This document shows positions 61,753 to 64,000 of a stretch of 64,000 nucleotides of DNA, in pieces. Position numbers and translations under genes: made by a program. The stretch is taken from contig NC_043000.1 in NCBI RefSeq assembly GCF_006345805.1, positions 15,686,001 to 15,750,000 on the forward strand. The letters are read 5' to 3'. The notes beneath the pieces are model-generated. The model saw nothing but the letters and a program-made list of their open reading frames with translations. It had not been told where the DNA came from and made no database searches. The stretch's first letter is position 1, and each line of letters opens with the position of its first letter. This DNA is from Octopus sinensis. Lineage: Eukaryota.

Positions 61753-62029
61753 ATATTGTTTATGATCAGAAAACAGAGAAAGACTAAGTATTTTTTTTTT
61801 TTGATAAGAGAGAAGGTAGTGCCCCCATGACCTTCTTATAGCAGTGGTTCTCAGCCAGGGTCCATATGACCCTTAGGGGTCAATGTAAGATTTTGTTATT
61901 GAATTTTATGAACAATAACTTACAGAGCATATATGGAGCAATATTGTTAAATGTCTTTTTCTTTAAGATGGAAAGGTTTGATATGAAGAGTTGCCTGCTG
62001 TTTCTAACATGCCAAGCTATGGTGTAGAG

Positions 62030-62190
62030 GCTCTCTTGTTATTTTGAACTGGCACTTCACCAGTTATGATGATAAGGGTTCCAGTTAATCTGATCAACAG
62101 AACAGTTAATCTGATCAACAGAACAGCCTACTCATGAAATTTAATGTGCAAGTGGTTGTACAGACATATGTACCCTTAATGTAATCCCCA
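62030..62190 (-). mobile_element. SINE family D 3' part, diverged, with a ~22 bp duplication
   Basis: GATAAGGGTTCCAGTTAATCTGATCAACAGAACAG; CAGTTAATCTGATCAACAGAA repeated. Confidence 0.6.
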
Positions 62191-62426
62191 GAAAAATTCA
62201 GAAATTCAGTAGAACATAGAATACATAGAAATACAAACACAACTCATTTTTGCCAGCTGAGGGAACTGAAGCAATATGACCTTAAGGATAAATTTTTTAG
62301 GGAGATTACATGGTAACCACTTTAAAATACCCCTTGGCTTCGCACCATGCAATGCAAAATTTACTCTGGCCATATGAGACATCTGCTTACATTTCTCCTT
62401 TATATTCTTCAAATTAAATATATCCA

Positions 62427-62765
62427 TCCGAGCATGATCGTTGCCAGAGCGGCTAACTGGCTTCTATGCTGGTGGCACGTAAAAGGCACCATTCGAGCGT
62501 GATCGTTACCAGTGTCGCCTTACTGGCACGTGTAAAAACATTTGAGCGAGGTCGTTGCCAGTACCGCCTGACTGGCCCCCGTGCCGGTGGCCCGTAAAAG
62601 CACCCACTACACTCTCAGAGCGGTTAGCGTTAGGAAGGGCATCCAGCTGTAGAAAGTCTGCCAGATCAAGTTTGGAGCCTGGTGCAGCCATCTGGTTCGC
62701 CAGCCCTCAGTCAAATCGTCCAACCCATGCTAGCATGGAAAGCAGATGTTAAACGATGATGATGA
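62427..62765 (+). mobile_element. SINE family A
   Basis: 3 head units, core and (GAT)n tail. Confidence 0.9.
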
Positions 62766-63589
62766 TATACAAACAAAACAAAACATGTCATTTTTAGCTT
62801 AATTTGTTTTCCTCCAATTTAATAAAAGTGTCAAATGTGTTCTTTTAACTATATTTAAATTTATCAATAATTTTTAGTTTAATTACCACAAGAATTATTT
62901 CAAAATAATAAAAGTCTTCAAAAAATAAATAAATAAGAAATATATAGAAATCCGTTAAAAAAACTTAGATATGAAAATGAAAATAAAATGAATAAAGATA
63001 TACTTGTCCAATTATAATAATATTATTATTATTCAGCCTATTAAATTTTAAATTTGAACACTCTAAAACCAGTTGATTTATTAAAATATTCTAATCAGCT
63101 ATATTATATTTTTTTTCTTTCACTCTTTAATGATTTTTAAAAGTTTTTTGGATGATATTATTATGATCATTTAATGAAAAATTATTGTAAAATTAATTCA
63201 TTTATAAAAATATAAACATGAATAATACAGCAAAAATTTAGTTAAATTTTCATGAGATAGTAATTTGTGTTTGAGAATAAAATTGAAAGACAGTTTGTTA
63301 AAGTCCTCTGTGTTAATTGCTTCACTAATAGGAATATGGTGCAATGTGCTTTATGCAGGAATGTGAATATGGAAATTATTATATCCGTTGAACCTGAAAA
63401 ATGTATTTAGGGTACATAAATAACCAGTTGCTGGGTTTAAAATATGGTCGCCTCTCTTTATTAATTATTAATTACTTGAACTTTATTTATTTTAGGTACT
63501 GGTTATATACACATAATTAGTTGTGTTAGAGGCAGAGGTAGGGTATATATAGTTACAACCAGAGTGCTTTCGTTTAACATTTTCCAACA

Positions 63590-63619
<30 letters not shown>

Positions 63620-63624
<5 letters not shown>

Positions 63625-64000
63625 TAATGAGGGAGATAAATTAATATTAATTTTAATATCAATTTAAAACCAGTAGTCTAGCATACAAAAAATCTGAGAA
63701 ATCAGAGAAAATTCTAATATATGTGTATATAGGCAGGGCAAGACTGCTAGGTAGTCGGCCGTATGCTAGAAATAGATCATCAACGATCAAACTACAAAGA
63801 AAGTTCTCTAGAGGAAAAATTCAGAATCAAATTTGGCAGGCAGGACAGATGAAAATTTATATAAAAAACAGAATTAATTGCATACCTCGGTTTCGGCCTT
63901 TAACAAAAGAATTACTTACATAATTCAAATGTCCGTGGATTCATCAGTACAATCGTTCAGTGTAAATGCAATCCGAAAAACTAACCCCAGCTTTCTGTGC
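63620..64000 (-). mobile_element. Penelope pLTR-like element with hammerhead-like motif (63877-63953); 3' end abuts (TA)n
   Basis: Minus: ATTGTA-CTGATGA...GAAA-CCGAGG-TA-TGCAAT; runs off the window end. Confidence 0.6.

Overview
Eukaryotic, AT-rich, repeat-saturated intronic or intergenic DNA. From memory, the repeat families look like an Octopus (coleoid cephalopod) genome; this is not database-confirmed. No host protein-coding gene can be supported. The long ORFs in the track are translated microsatellites, a translated tandem array, or dead retroelement fragments. Contents: about 50 SINE copies in six modular families (my labels A-F); decayed LINE fragments (RTE/BovB-like, CR1/L2-like, R4/Dong-like); a decayed Penelope RT + GIY-YIG element; two non-autonomous Helitrons; TTAA/piggyBac-type and hAT MITEs; and many microsatellites. 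Main unexplained signal: short (TA)n-embedded elements carrying minimal type I hammerhead-ribozyme motifs, several in the loop of 70-125 bp foldbacks. One has a G3-C8 covariant core, and its inverted arm starts exactly at the predicted cleavage site. A 16-unit ~57 bp hairpin array forms the 5' end of a head-less SINE. Coordinates were counted by hand; diffuse repeat edges are approximate (about +/-20 bp).
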